A stretch of DNA of 64,000 nt, from contig CAXHJY010000031.1 of assembly GCA_964016885.1 (NCBI GenBank), positions 62,001-126,000 on the forward strand, given 5' to 3'. Every line of letters begins with the position of its first letter. The stretch's first letter is position 1. The notes under the pieces were generated by a model. It searched no databases. It was not told the origin of the DNA and saw only the letters and a list, made by a program, of their open reading frames with translations. A program made the position numbers and the translations under genes. The stretch is from Eledone cirrhosa. Taxonomy: Eukaryota. This document shows positions 44,501 through 58,000 of this stretch, one piece after another.

Positions 44501-47500
44501 AATAAATGTGTTAAATAAATGTGTTAAATAAATGTGTTAAATAAAAGTGTTAAATAAAAGTGTTAAATAAATGTGTTAAATAAATGTGTTAAATAAATGT
44601 GTTAAATAAAAGTGTTAATAAAGTGTTAAATAAATGTGTTAAATAAAAGTGTTAAATAAAAGTGTTAAATAAAAGTGTTAAATAAAGTGTTAAATAAAAG
44701 TGTTAAATAAAAGTGTTAAATAAATGTGTTAAATAAATGTGTTAAATAATGTGTTAAATAAATGTGTTAAATAAATGTGTTAAATAAATGTGTTAAATAA
44801 ATGTGTTAAATAAATGTGTTAAATAAATGTGTTAAATAAATGTGTTAAATAAATGTGTTAAATAAAAGTGTTAAATAAATGTGTTAAATAAATGTGTTAA
44901 ATAAATGTGTTAAATAAATGTGTTAAATAAATGTGTTAAATAAATGTGTTAAATAAATGTGTTAAATAAATGTGTTAAATAAATGTGTTAAATAAATGTG
45001 TTAAATAAAAGTGTTAAATAAATGTGTTAAATAAAAGTTTTAAATAAATGTGTTAAATAAATGTGTTAAATAAATGTGTTAAATAAATGTGTCAAATAAA
45101 AGTGTTAAATAAAAGTGTTAATAAATGTGTTAAATAAAGTGTTAAATAAAAGTGTTAAATAAAAGTGTTAAATAAAAGTGTTAAATAAAAGTGTTAAATA
45201 AAAGTGTTAAATAAATGTGTTAAATAAATGTGTTAAATAAATGTGTTAAATAAATGTGTTAAATAAATGTGTTAAATAAATGTGTTAAATAAATGTGTTA
45301 AATAAAAGTGTTAAATAAAAGTGTTAATTAAAAGTGTTAAATAAAAGTGTTAAATAAAAGTGTTAAATGAATGTGTTAAATAAATGTGTTAAATAAATGT
45401 GTTAAATAAATGTGTTAAATAAATGTGTTAAATAAAAGTGTTAAATAAATGTGTCAAATAAATGTGTTAAATAAATGTGTTAAATAAATGTGTTAAATAA
45501 ATGTGTTAAATAAATGTGTTAAATAAATGTGTTAAATAAATGTGTTAAATAAATGTGTTAAATAAATGTGTTAAATAAATGTGTTAAATAAAAGTGTTAA
45601 ATAAACGTCTTAAATAAACGTGTTAAATAAACGTGTTAAATAAACGTGTTAAATAAATGTGTTAAATAAAAGTGTTAAATAAAAGTGTTAAATAAAAGTG
45701 TTAAATAAAAGTGTTAAATAATGTGTTAAATAAATGTGTTAAATAAATGTGTTAAATAAATGTGTTAAATAAATGTGTTAAATAAATGTGTTAAATAAAT
45801 GTGTTAAATAAATGTGTTAAATAAATGTGTTAAATAAATGTGTTAAATAAATGTGTTAAATAAATGTGTTAAATAAATGTGTTAAATAAAAGTGTTAAAT
45901 AAAAGTGTTAAATAAAAGTGTTAAATAAAAGTGTTAAATAAATGTGTTAAATAAATGTGTTAAATAAATGTGTTAAATAAATGTGTTAAATAAATGTGTT
46001 AAATAAATGTGTTAAATAAATGTGTTAAATAAAAGTGTTAAATAAAAGTGTTAAATAAATGTGTTAAATAAATGTGTTAAATAAATGTGTTAAATAAATG
46101 TGTTAAATAAATGTGTTAAATAAATGTGTTAAATAAATAAATGTGTTAAATAAATAAATGTGTTAAATAAATAAATGTGTTAAATAAATAAATGTGTTAA
46201 ATAAATGTGTTAAATAAATGTGTTAAATAAATGTGTTAAATAAATGTGTTAAATAAATGTGTTAAATAAATGTGTTAAATAAATGTGTTAAATAAATGTG
46301 TTAAATAAATGTGTTAAATAAAAGTGTTAAATAAAAGTGTTAAATAAAAGTGTTAAATAAAAGTGTTAAATAAATGTGTTAAATAAATGTGTTAAATAAA
46401 TGTGTTAAATAAATGTGTTAAATAAATGTGTTAAATAAATGTGTTAAATAAAATGTTAAATAAAAGTGTTAAATAAAAGTGTTAAATAAAAGTGTTAAAT
46501 AAAAGTGTGTAAATAAATGTGTTAAATAAATGTGTTAAATAAATGTGTTAAATAAATGTGTTAAATAAATGTGTTAAATAAATGTGTTAAATAAATGTGT
46601 TAAATAAATGTGTTAAATAAATGTGTAAAATAAATGTGTTAAATAAATGTGTTAAATAAATGTGTTAAATAAATGTGTTAAATAAATGTGTTAAATAAAT
46701 GTGTTAAATAAATGTTTTAAATAAATGTTTTAAATAAATGTGTTAAATAAATGTGTTAAATAAATGTGTTAAATAAATGTGTTAAATAAATGTGTTAAAT
46801 AAATGTGTTAAATAAATGTGTTAAATAAATGTGTTAAATAAATGTGTTAAATAAATGTGTTAAATAAAAGTGTTAAATAAATGTGTTAAATAAATGTGTT
46901 AAATAAATGTGTTAAATAAATGTGTTAAATAAATGTGTTAAATAAATGTGTTAAATAAATGTGTTAAATAAATGTGTTAAATAAATGTGTTAAATAAAAG
47001 TGTTAAATAAAAGTGTTAAATAAAAGTGTTAAATAAATGTGTTAAATAAATGTGTTAAATAAATGTGTTAAATAAATGTGGTAAATAAATGTGTTAAATA
47101 AATGTGTTAAATAAATGTGTTAAATAAATGTGTTAAATAAATGTGTTAAATAATAGTGTTAAATAAATGTGTTAAATAATAGTGTTAAATAAATGTGTTA
47201 AATAATAGTGTTAAATAAATGTGTGTGTTAAATAAATGTGTTAAATAAAAGTGTTAAATAAAAGTGTTAAATAAATGTGTTAAATAAATGTGTTAAATAA
47301 ATGTGTTAAATAAATGTGTTAAATAAAAGTGTTAAATAAAAGTGTTAAATAAATGTGTTAAATAAAAGTGTTAAATAAATGTGTTAAATAAAAGTGTTAA
47401 ATAAATGTGTTAAATAAATGTGTTAAATAAATGTGTTAAATAAATGTGTTAAATAAATGTGTTAAATAAATGTGTTAAATAAATGTGTTAAATAAATGTG

Positions 47501-50500
47501 TTAAATAAATGTGTTAAATAAATGTGTTAAATAAATGTGTTAAATAAAAGTGTTAAATAAAAGTGTTAAATAAATGTGTTAAATAAATGTGTTAAATAAA
47601 AGTGTTAAATAAAAGTGTTAAATAAATGTGTTAAATAAATGTGTTAAATAAATGTGTTAAATAAATGTGTTAAATAAATGTGGTAAATAAATGTGTTAAA
47701 TATATGTGTTAAATAAATGTGTTAAATAAATGTGTTAAATAGATGTGTTAAATAAATGTGTTAAATAAATGTGTTAAATAAATGTGGTAAATAAATGTGG
47801 TAAATAAATGTGGTAAATAAATAAATGTGTTAAATAAATGTGTTAAATAAATGTGTTAAATAAATGTGTGTTTAAATAAATGTGTTAAATAAAAGTGTTA
47901 AATAAATGTGTTAAATAAATGTGTTAAATAAAAGTGTTAAATAAAAGTGTTAAATAAAAGTGTTAAATAAAAGTGTTAAATAAATGTGTTAAATAAATGT
48001 GTTAAATAAATGTGTTAAATAAAAGTGTTAAATAAAAGTGTTAAATAAAAGTGTTAAATAAAAGTGTTAAATAAATGTGTTAAATTAAATGTGTTAAATA
48101 AATGTGTTAAATAAATGTGTTAAATAAATGTGTTAAATAAATGTGTTAAATAAAAGTGTTAAATAAAAGTGTTAAATAAAAGTGTTAAATAAAAGTGTTA
48201 AATAAATGTGTTAAATAAATGTGTTAAATAAATGTGTTAAATAAATGTGTTAAATAAATGTGTTAAATAAATGTGTTAAATAAATGTGTTAAATAAATGT
48301 GTTAAATAAATGTGTTAAATAAATGTGTTAAATAAATGTGTTAAATAAATGTGTTAAATAAATGTGTTAAATAAAAGTGTTAAATAAATGTGTTAAATAA
48401 AAGTGTTAAATAAATGTGTTAAATAAATGTGTTAAATAAAAGTGTTAAATAAATGTGTTAAATAAAAGTGTTAAATAAAAGTGTTAAATAAAAGTGTTAA
48501 ATAAAAGTGTTAAATAAAAGTGTTAAATAAAAGTGTTAAATAAATGTGTTAAATAAATGTGTTAAATAAATGTGTTAAATAAATGTGTTAAATAAATGTG
48601 TTAAATAAATGTGTTAAATAAATGTGTTAAATAAATGTGTTAAATAAATGTGTTAAATAAATGTGTTAAATAAATGTGTTAAATAAATGTGTTAAATAAA
48701 AGTGTTAAATAAATGTGTTAAATAAATGTGTTAAATAAAATAAATGTGTTAAATAAATGTGTTAAATAAATGTGTTAAATAAATGTGTTAAATAAATGTG
48801 TTAAATAAATGTGTTAAATAAATGTGTTAAATAAATGTGTTAAATAAATGTGTTAAATAAAAGTGTTAAATAAAAGTGTTAAATAAATGTGTTAAATAAA
48901 TGTGTTAAATAAATGTGTTAAATAAATGTGTTAAATAAATGTGTTAAATAAATGTGTTAAATAAATGTGTTAAATAAAATAAATGTGTTAAATAAATGTG
49001 TTAAATAAATGTGTTAAATAATGTGTTAAATAAATGTGTTAAATAAATGTGTTAAATAAATGTGTTAAATAAATGTGTTAAATAAATGTGTTAAATAAAT
49101 GTGTTAAATAAATGTGTTAAATAAAAGTGTTAAATAAAAGTGTTAAATAAAAGTGTTAAATAAATGTGTTAAATAAATGTGTTAAATAAATGTGTTAAAT
49201 AAATGTGTTAAATAAATGTGTTAAATAAATGTGTTAAATAAATGTGGTAAATAAATGTGTTAAATAAATGTGGTAAATAAATGTGGTAAATAAATGTGGT
49301 AAATAAATAAATGTGTTAAATAAATGTGTTAAATAAATGTGTTAAATAAATGTGTTAAATAAATGTGTTAATAAATGTTAATAAATGTGTTAAATAAATG
49401 TGTTAAATAAATGTGTTAAATAAATGTGTTAAATAAAAGTGTTAAATAAATGTGTTAAATAAATGTGTTAAATAAATGTGTTAAATAAATGTGTTAAATA
49501 AATGTGTTAAATAAATGTGTTAAATAAATGTGTTAAATAAATGTGTTAAATAAATGTGTTAAATAAAATAAATGTGTTAAATAAATGTGTTAAATAAATG
49601 TGTTAAATAAATGTGTTAAATAAATGTGTTAAATAAATGTGTTAAATAAAAGTGTTAAATAAAAGTGTTAAATAAATGTGTTAAATAAATGTGTTAAATA
49701 AAAGTGTTAAATAAAAGTGTTAAATAAATGTGTTAAATAAAAGTGTTAAATAAAAGTGTTAAATAAAAGTGTTAAATAAAAGTGTTAAATAAAAGTGTTA
49801 AATAAAAGTGTTAAATAAATGTGTTAAATAAATGTGTTAAATAAATGTGTTAAATAAATGTGTTAAATAAATGTGTTAAATAAATGTGTTAAATAAATGT
49901 GTTAAATAAATGTGTTAAATAAATGTGTTAAATAAATGTGTTAAATAAAAGTGTTAAATAAAAGTGTTAAATAAATGTGTTAAATAAATGTGTTAAATAA
50001 ATGTGTTAAATAAATGTGTTAAATAAATGTGTTAAATAAATGTGTTAAATAAATGTGTTAAATAAATGTGTTAAATAAATGTGTTAAATAAATGTGTTAA
50101 ATAAAAGTGTTAAATAAATGTGTTAAATAAAAGTTTTAAATAAATGTGTTAAATAAATGTGTTAAATAAATGTGTTAAATAAATGTGTCAAATAAAAGTG
50201 TTAAATAAAAGTGTTAAATAAATGTGTTAAATAAAAGTGTTAAATAAAAGTGTTAAATAAAAGTGTTAAATAAAAGTGTTAAATAAAAGTGTTAAATAAA
50301 AGTGTTAAATAAATGTGTTAAATAAATGTGTTAAATAAATGTGTTAAATAAATGTGTTAAATAAATGTGTTAAATAAATGTGTTAAATAAATGTGTTAAA
50401 TAAATGTGTTAAATAAAAGTGTTAATTAAAAGTGTTAAATAAAAGTGTTAAATAAAAGTGTTAAATGAATGTGTTAAATAAATGTGTTAAATAAATGTGT

Positions 50501-53500
50501 TAAATAAATGTGTTAAATAAAAGTGTTAAATAAATGTGTCAAATAAATGTGTTAAATAAATGTGTTAAATAAATGTGTTAAATAAATGTGTTAAATAAAT
50601 GTGTTAAATAAATGTGTTAAATAAATGTGTTAAATAAATGTGTTAAATAAATGTGTTAAATAAATGTGTTAAATAAAAGTGTTAAATAAACGTCTTAAAT
50701 AAACGTGTTAAATAAACGTGTTAAATAAACGTGTTAAATAAATGTGTTAAATAAAAGTGTTAAATAAAAGTGTTAAATAAAAGTGTTAAATAAAAGTGTT
50801 AAATAAATGTGTTAAATAAATGTGTTAAATAAATGTGTTAAATAAATGTGTTAAATAAATGTGTTAAATAAATGTGTTAAATAAATGTGTTAAATAAATG
50901 TGTTAAATAAATGTGTTAAATAAATGTGTTAAATAAATGTGTTAAATAAATGTGTTAAATAAAAGTGTTAAATAAAAAGTGTTAAATAAAAGTGTTAAAT
51001 AAAAGTGTTAAATAAATGTGTTAAATAAATGTGTTAAATAAATGTGTTAAATAAATGTGTTAAATAAATGTGTTAAATAAATGTGTTAAATAAAGTGTTA
51101 AATAAAAGTGTTAAATAAATGTGTTAAATAAATGTGTTAAATAAATGTGTTAAATAAATGTGTTAAATAAATAAATGTGTTAAATAAATAAATGTGTTAA
51201 ATAAATAAATGTGTTAAATAAATAAATGTGTTAAATAAATGTGTTAAATAAATGTGTTAAATAAATGTGTTAAATAAATGTGTTAAATAAATGTGTTAAA
51301 TAAATGTGTTAAATAAATGTGTTAAATAAATGTGTTAAATAAATGTGTTAAATAAAAGTGTTAAATAAAAGTGTTAAATAAAAGTGTTAAATAAAAGTGT
51401 TAAATAAAAGTGTTAAATAAATGTGTTAAATAAATGTGTTAAATAAATGTGTTAAATAAATGTGTTAAATAAATGTGTTAAATAAAAGTGTTAAATAAAA
51501 GTGTTAAATAAAAGTGTTAAATAAAAGTGTTAAATAAAAGTGTTAAATAAATGTGTTAAATAAATGTGTTAAATAAATGTGTTAAATAAATGTGTTAAAT
51601 AAATGTGTTAAATAAATGTGTTAAATAAATGTGTTAAATAAATGTGTTAAATAAATGTGTAAAATAAATGTGTTAAATAAATGTGTTAAATAAATGTGTT
51701 AAATAAATGTGTTAAATAAATGTGTTAAATAAATGTGTTAAATAAATGTTTTAAATAAATGTTTTAAATAAATGTGTTAAATAAATGTGTTAAATAAATG
51801 TGTTAAATAAATGTGTTAAATAAATGTGTTAAATAAATGTGTTAAATAAATGTGTTAAATAAATGTGTTAAATAAATGTGTTAAATAAATGTGTTAAATA
51901 AAAGTGTTAAATAAATGTGTTAAATAAATGTGTTAAATTAAATGTGTTAAATAAAAGTGTTAATAAATGTGTTAAATAAAAGTTTTAAATAAATGTGTTA
52001 AATAAATGTGTTAAATAAATGTGTTAAATAAATGTGTCAAATAAAAGTGTTAAATAAAAGTGTTAAATAAATGTGTTAAATAAAAGTGTTAAATAAAAGT
52101 GTTAAATAAAAGTGTTAAATAAAAGTGTTAATAAAAGTGTTAAATAAAAGTGTTAAATAAATGTGTTAAATAAATGTGTTAAATAAATGTGTTAAATAAA
52201 TGTGTTAAATAAATGTGTTAAATAAATGTGTTAAATAAATGTGTTAAATAAAAGTGTTAAATAAAAGTGTTAATTAAAAGTGTTAAATAAAAGTGTTAAA
52301 TAAAAGTGTTAAATGAATGTGTTAAATAAATGTGTTAAATAAATGTGTTAAATAAATGTGTTAAATAAAAGTGTTAAATAAATGTGTCAAATAAATGTGT
52401 TAAATAAATGTGTTAAATAAATGTGTTAAATAAATGTGTTAAATAAATGTGTTAAATAAATGTGTTAAATAAATGTGTTAAATAAATGTGTTAAATAAAT
52501 GTGTTTAAATAAATGTGTTAAATAAAAGTGTTAAATAAACGTCTTAAATAAACGTGTTAAATAAAGTGTTAAATAAACGTGTTAAATAATGTGTTAAATA
52601 AAAGTGTTTAAATAAAAGTGTTAAATAAAAGTGTTAATAAAAGTGTTAAATAAAAGTGTTAAATAAATGTGTTAAATAAATGTGTTAAATAAAATGTGTT
52701 AAATAAATGTGTTAAATAAATGTGTTAAATAAATGTGTTAAATAAATGTGTTAAATAAATGTGTTAAATAAATGTGTTAAATAAATGTGTTAAATAAATG
52801 TGTTAAATAAAGTGTTAAATAAAAGTGTTAAATAAAAGTGTTAAATAAAAGTGTTAAATAAATGTGTTAAATAAATGTGTTAAATAATGTGTTAAATAAA
52901 TGTGTTAAATAAATGTGTTAAATAAATGTGTTAAATAAATGTGTTAAATAAAAGTGTTAAATAAATGTGTTAAATAAATGTGTTAAATAAATGTGTTAAA
53001 TAATAATGTGTTAAATAAATGTGTTAATAAATAAATGTGTTAATAAATAAATGTGTTAAATAATAAATGTGTTAAATAAAATGTGTTAAATAAATGTGTT
53101 AAATAAATGTGTTAAATAAATGTGTTAAATAAATGTGTTAAATAAATGTGTTAAATAAATGTGTTAAATAAATGTGTTAAATAAATGTGTTAAATAAATG
53201 TGTTAAATAAAAGTGTTAAATAAAGTGTTAAATAAAAGTGTTAAATAAAAGTGTTAAATAAAGTGTTAAATAAATGTGTTAAATAAATGTGTTAAATAAA
53301 TGTGTTAAATAAATGTGTTTAAATTAAATGTGTTAAATAAATGTGTTAAATAAATGTGTTAAATAAATGTGTTAAATAAAATGTGTTAAATAAATGTGTT
53401 AAATAAATGTGTTAAATAAATGTGTTAAATAAATGTGTTAAATAAATGTGTTAAATAAATGTGTTAAATAAATGTGTTAAATAAATGTGTTAAAATTAAA

Positions 53501-55000
53501 TGTGTTAAATAAATGTGTTAAATAAATGTGTAAATAAATGTGTTAATAAATGTGTTAAATAATGTGTTAAATAAATGTGTTAAATAAATGTGTTAAATAA
53601 ATGTGTTAAATAAATGTGTTAAATAAAAGTGTTAAATAAATGTGTTAAATAAATGTGTTAAATAAATGTGTTAAATAAATGTGTTAAATAAATGTGTTAA
53701 ATAAATGTGTTAAATAATGTGTTAAATAAATGTGTTAAATAAATGTGTTAAATAAATGTGTTAAATAAATGTGGTAAATAAATGTGGTAAATAAATGTGG
53801 TAAATAGTTAAATAAATGTGTTAAATAAATGTGTTAAATAAATGTGTTAAATAAATGTGTTAAATAAATGTGTTAAATAAATGTGTTAAATAAATGTGTT
53901 AAATAAATGTGGTAAATAAATGTGGTAAATAAATGTGGTAAATAAATGGGGTAAATAAATAAATGTGTTAAATAAATGTGTTAAATAAATGTGTTAAATA
54001 AATGTGTTAAATAAATGTGTTAAATAAATGTGTTAAATAAATGTGTTAAATAAATGTGTTAAATAAAAGTGTTAAATAAAAGTGTTAAATAAAAGTGTTA
54101 AATAAAAGTGTTAAATAAAAGTGTTAAATAAATGTGTTAAATAAATGTGTTAAATAAATGTGTTAAATAAATGTGGTAAATAAATGTGTTAAATAAATGT
54201 GTTAAATAAATGTGTTAAATAAATGTGTTAAATAAATGTGGTAAATAAATGTGTTAAATAAATGTGTTAAATAAATGTGTTAAATAAATGTGTTAAATAA
54301 ATGTGTTAAATAAATGTGTTAAATAAATGTGTTAAATAAATGTGTTAAATAAATGTGTTAAATAAAAGTGTTAAATAAAAGTGTTAAATAAAAGTGTTAA
54401 ATAAAAGTGTTAAATAAAAGTGTTAAATAAATGTGTTAAATAAATGTGTTAAATAAATGTGTTAAATAAATGTGGTAAATAAATGTGTTAAATAAATGTG
54501 TTAAATAAATGTGTTAAATAAATGTGTTAAATAAATGTGTTAAATAAATGTGTTAAATAAATGTGTTAAATAAATGTGTTAAATAAATGTGTTAAATAAA
54601 TGTGTTAAATAAATGTGTTAAATAAATGTGTTAAATAAATGTGTTAAATAAAAGTGTTAAATAAATGTGTTAAATAAATGTGTTAAATAAAAGTGTTAAA
54701 TAAAAGTGTTAAATAAATGTGTTAAATAAATGTGTTAAATAAATGTGTTAAATAAATGTGTTAAATAAAAGTGTTAAATAAAAGTGTTAAATAAATGTGT
54801 TAAATAAATGTGTTAAATAAATGTGTTAAATAAATGTGTTAAATAAATGTGTTAAATAAATGTGTTAAATAAAAGTGTTAAATAAATGTGTTAAATAAAT
54901 GTGTTAAATAAAAGTGTTAAATAAAAGTGTTAAATAAATGTGTTAAATAAATGTGTTAAATAAATGTGTTAAATAAATGTGTTAAATAAAAGTGTTAAAT
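30550..55000. repeat. Large duplicated segment of the 13-mer array, copy 2 (carries about 3.6 kb absent from copy 1)
   Basis: Marker offsets to copy 1 are 30.2-30.5 kb up to about 47.4 kb, then 33.88-33.91 kb afterwards. Confidence 0.88.
45000..53700. repeat. ~1.85 kb higher-order unit: copies at about 45000-46870, 50100-51950 and 51950-53700
   Basis: AACGTCTT at 45606, 50691 and 52540 (last two 1849 bp apart), with the same flanking marker order as at 14.8-19.9 kb. Confidence 0.85.
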
Positions 55001-58000
55001 AAAAGTGTTAAATAAATGTGTTAAATAAATGTGTTAAATAAATGTGTTAAATAAATGTGTTAAATAAATGTGTTAAATAAATGTGTTAAATAAATGTGTT
55101 AAATAAAAGTGTTAAATAAAAGTGTTAAATAAATGTGTTAAATAAATGTGTTAAATAAATGTGTTAAATAAATGTGTTAAATAAATGTGTTAAATAAATG
55201 TGTTAAATAAATGTGTTAAATAAATGTGTTAAATAAATGTGTTAAATAAATGTGTTAAATAAAAGTGTTAAATAAATGTGTTAAATAAATGTGTTAAATA
55301 AATGTGTTAAATAAATGTGTTAAATAAATGTGTGTGTTAAATAAATGTGTTAAATAAAAGTGTTAAATAAAAGTGTTAAATAAATGTGTTAAATAAATGT
55401 GTTAAATAAATGTGTTAAATAAATGTGTTAAATAAATGTGTTAAATAAATGTGTTAAATAAATGTGTTAAATAAATGTGTTAAATAAATGTGTTAAATAA
55501 ATGTGTTAAATAAAAGTGTTAAATAAAAGTGTTAAATAAAAGTGTTAAATAAATGTGTTAAATAAATGTGTTAAATAAATGTGTTAATAAATGTGTTAAT
55601 AAATGTGTTATATAAATGTGTTAAATAAATGTGTTAAATAAATGTGTTAAATAAATGTGTTAAATAAATGTGTTAAATAAATGTGTTAAATAAATGTGTT
55701 AAATAAATGTGTTAAATAAATGTGTTAAATAAATGTGTTAAATAAAAGTGTTAAATAAAAGTGTTAAATAAATGTGTTAAATAAATGTGTTAAATAAATG
55801 TGTTAAATAAATGTGTTAAATAAATGTGTTAAATAAATGTGTTAAATAAATGTGTTAAATAAATGTGTTAAATAAATGTGTTAAATAAATGTGTTAAATA
55901 AATGTGTTAAATAAATGTGTTAAATAAATGTGTTATATAAATGTGTTAAATAAATGTGGTAAATAAATGTGTTAAATAAATGTGTTAAATAAATGTGGTA
56001 AATAAATAAATGTGTTAAATAAATGTGTTAAATAAATGTGTTAAATAAATGTGTTAAATAAATGTGTTAAATAAATGTGTTAAATAAATGTATTAAATAA
56101 ATGTGTTAAATAAATGTGTTAAATAAATGTGTTAAATAAATGTGTTAAATAAAAGTGTTAAATAAATGTGTTAAACAAAAGTGTTAAATAAATGTGTTAA
56201 ATAAATGTGTTAAATAAATGTGTTAAATAAATGTGTTAAATAAATGTGTTAAATAAATGTGTTAAATAAATGTGTTAAATAAATGTTAAATAAATGTGGT
56301 AAATAAATGTGGTAAATAAATGGGGTAAATAAATAAATGTGTTAAATAAATGTGTTAAATAAATGTGTTAAATAAATGTGTTAAATAAATGTGTTAAATA
56401 AAAGTGTTAAATAAATGTGGTAAATAAATGTGTTAAATAAATGTGTTAAATAAATGTGTTAAATAAATGTGTTAAATAAATGTGTTAAATAAATGTGTTA
56501 AATAAATGTGTTAAATAAATGTGTTAAATAAATGTGTTAAATAAATGTGTTAAATAAAAGTGTTAAATAAAAGTTTTAAATAAATGTGTTAAATAAATGT
56601 GTTAAATAAATGTGTTAAATAAATGTGTTAAATAAATGTGTTACATAAATGTGTTATATAAATGTGTTAAATAAATGTGTTAAATGAATGTGTTAAATAA
56701 ATGTGTTAAATAAATGTGGTAAATAAATGTGTTAAATAAATGTGTTAAATAAATGTGTTAAATAAATGTGTTAAATAAATGTGTTAAATAAATGTGTTAA
56801 ATAAATGTGTTAAATAAATGTGTTAAATAAATGTGTTAAATAAATGTGTTAAATAAATGTGTTAAATAAATGTGTTAAATAAATGTGTTAAATAAATGTG
56901 TTAAATAAAAGTGTTAAATAAAAGTGTTAAATAAAAGTGTTAAATAAAAGTGTTAAATAAAAGTGTTAAATAAAAGTGTTAAATAAAAGTGTTAAATAAA
57001 TGTGTTAAATAAATGTGTTAAATAAATGTGTTAAATAAATGTGTTAAATAAATGTGTTAAATAAATGTGTTAAATAAATGTGTTAAATAAATGTGTTAAA
57101 TAAATGTGTTAAATAAATGTGTTAAATAAATGTGTTAAATAAATGTGTTAAATAAATGTGTTAAATAAATGTGTTAAATAAATGTGTTAAATAAATGTGT
57201 TAAATAAATGTGTTAAATAAATGTGTTAAATAAATGTGTTAAATAAATGTGTTAAATAAATGTGTTAAATAAATGTGTTAAATAAATGTGTTAAATAAAT
57301 GTGTTAAATAAATGTGTTAAATAAATGTGTTAAATAAATGTGTTAAATAAATGTGTTAAATAAATGTGTTAAATAAATGTGTTAAATAAATGTGTTAAAT
57401 AAATGTGTTAAATAAATGTGTTAAATAAATGTGTTAAATAAATGTGTTAAATAAATGTGTTAAATAAATGTGTTAAATAAATGTGTTAAATAAATGTGTT
57501 AAATAAATGTGTTAAATAAATGTGTTAAATAAATGTGTTATATAAATGTGTTATATAAATGTGTTATATAAATGTGTTAAATAAATGTGTTAAATAAATG
57601 TGTTAAATAAATGTGTTAAATAAATGTGTTAAATAAATGTGTTAAATAAATGTGTTAAATAAAAGTGTTAAATAAAAGTGTTAAATAAATGTGTTAAATA
57701 AATGTGTTAAATAAATGTGTTAAATAAATGTGTTAAATAAATGTGTTAAATAAATGTGTTAAATAAATGTGTTAAATAAATGTGTTAAATAAATGTGTTA
57801 AATAAATGTGTTAAATAAATGTGTTAAATAAATGTGTTAAATAAAAGTGTTAAATAAATGTGTTAAATAAATGTGGTAAATAAATGTGTGTGTTAAATAA
57901 ATGTGTGTGTTAAATAAATGTGTTAAATAAATGTGTTAAATAAATGTGTTAAATAAATGTGTTAAATAAATGTGTTAAATAAATGTGTTAAATAAATGTG

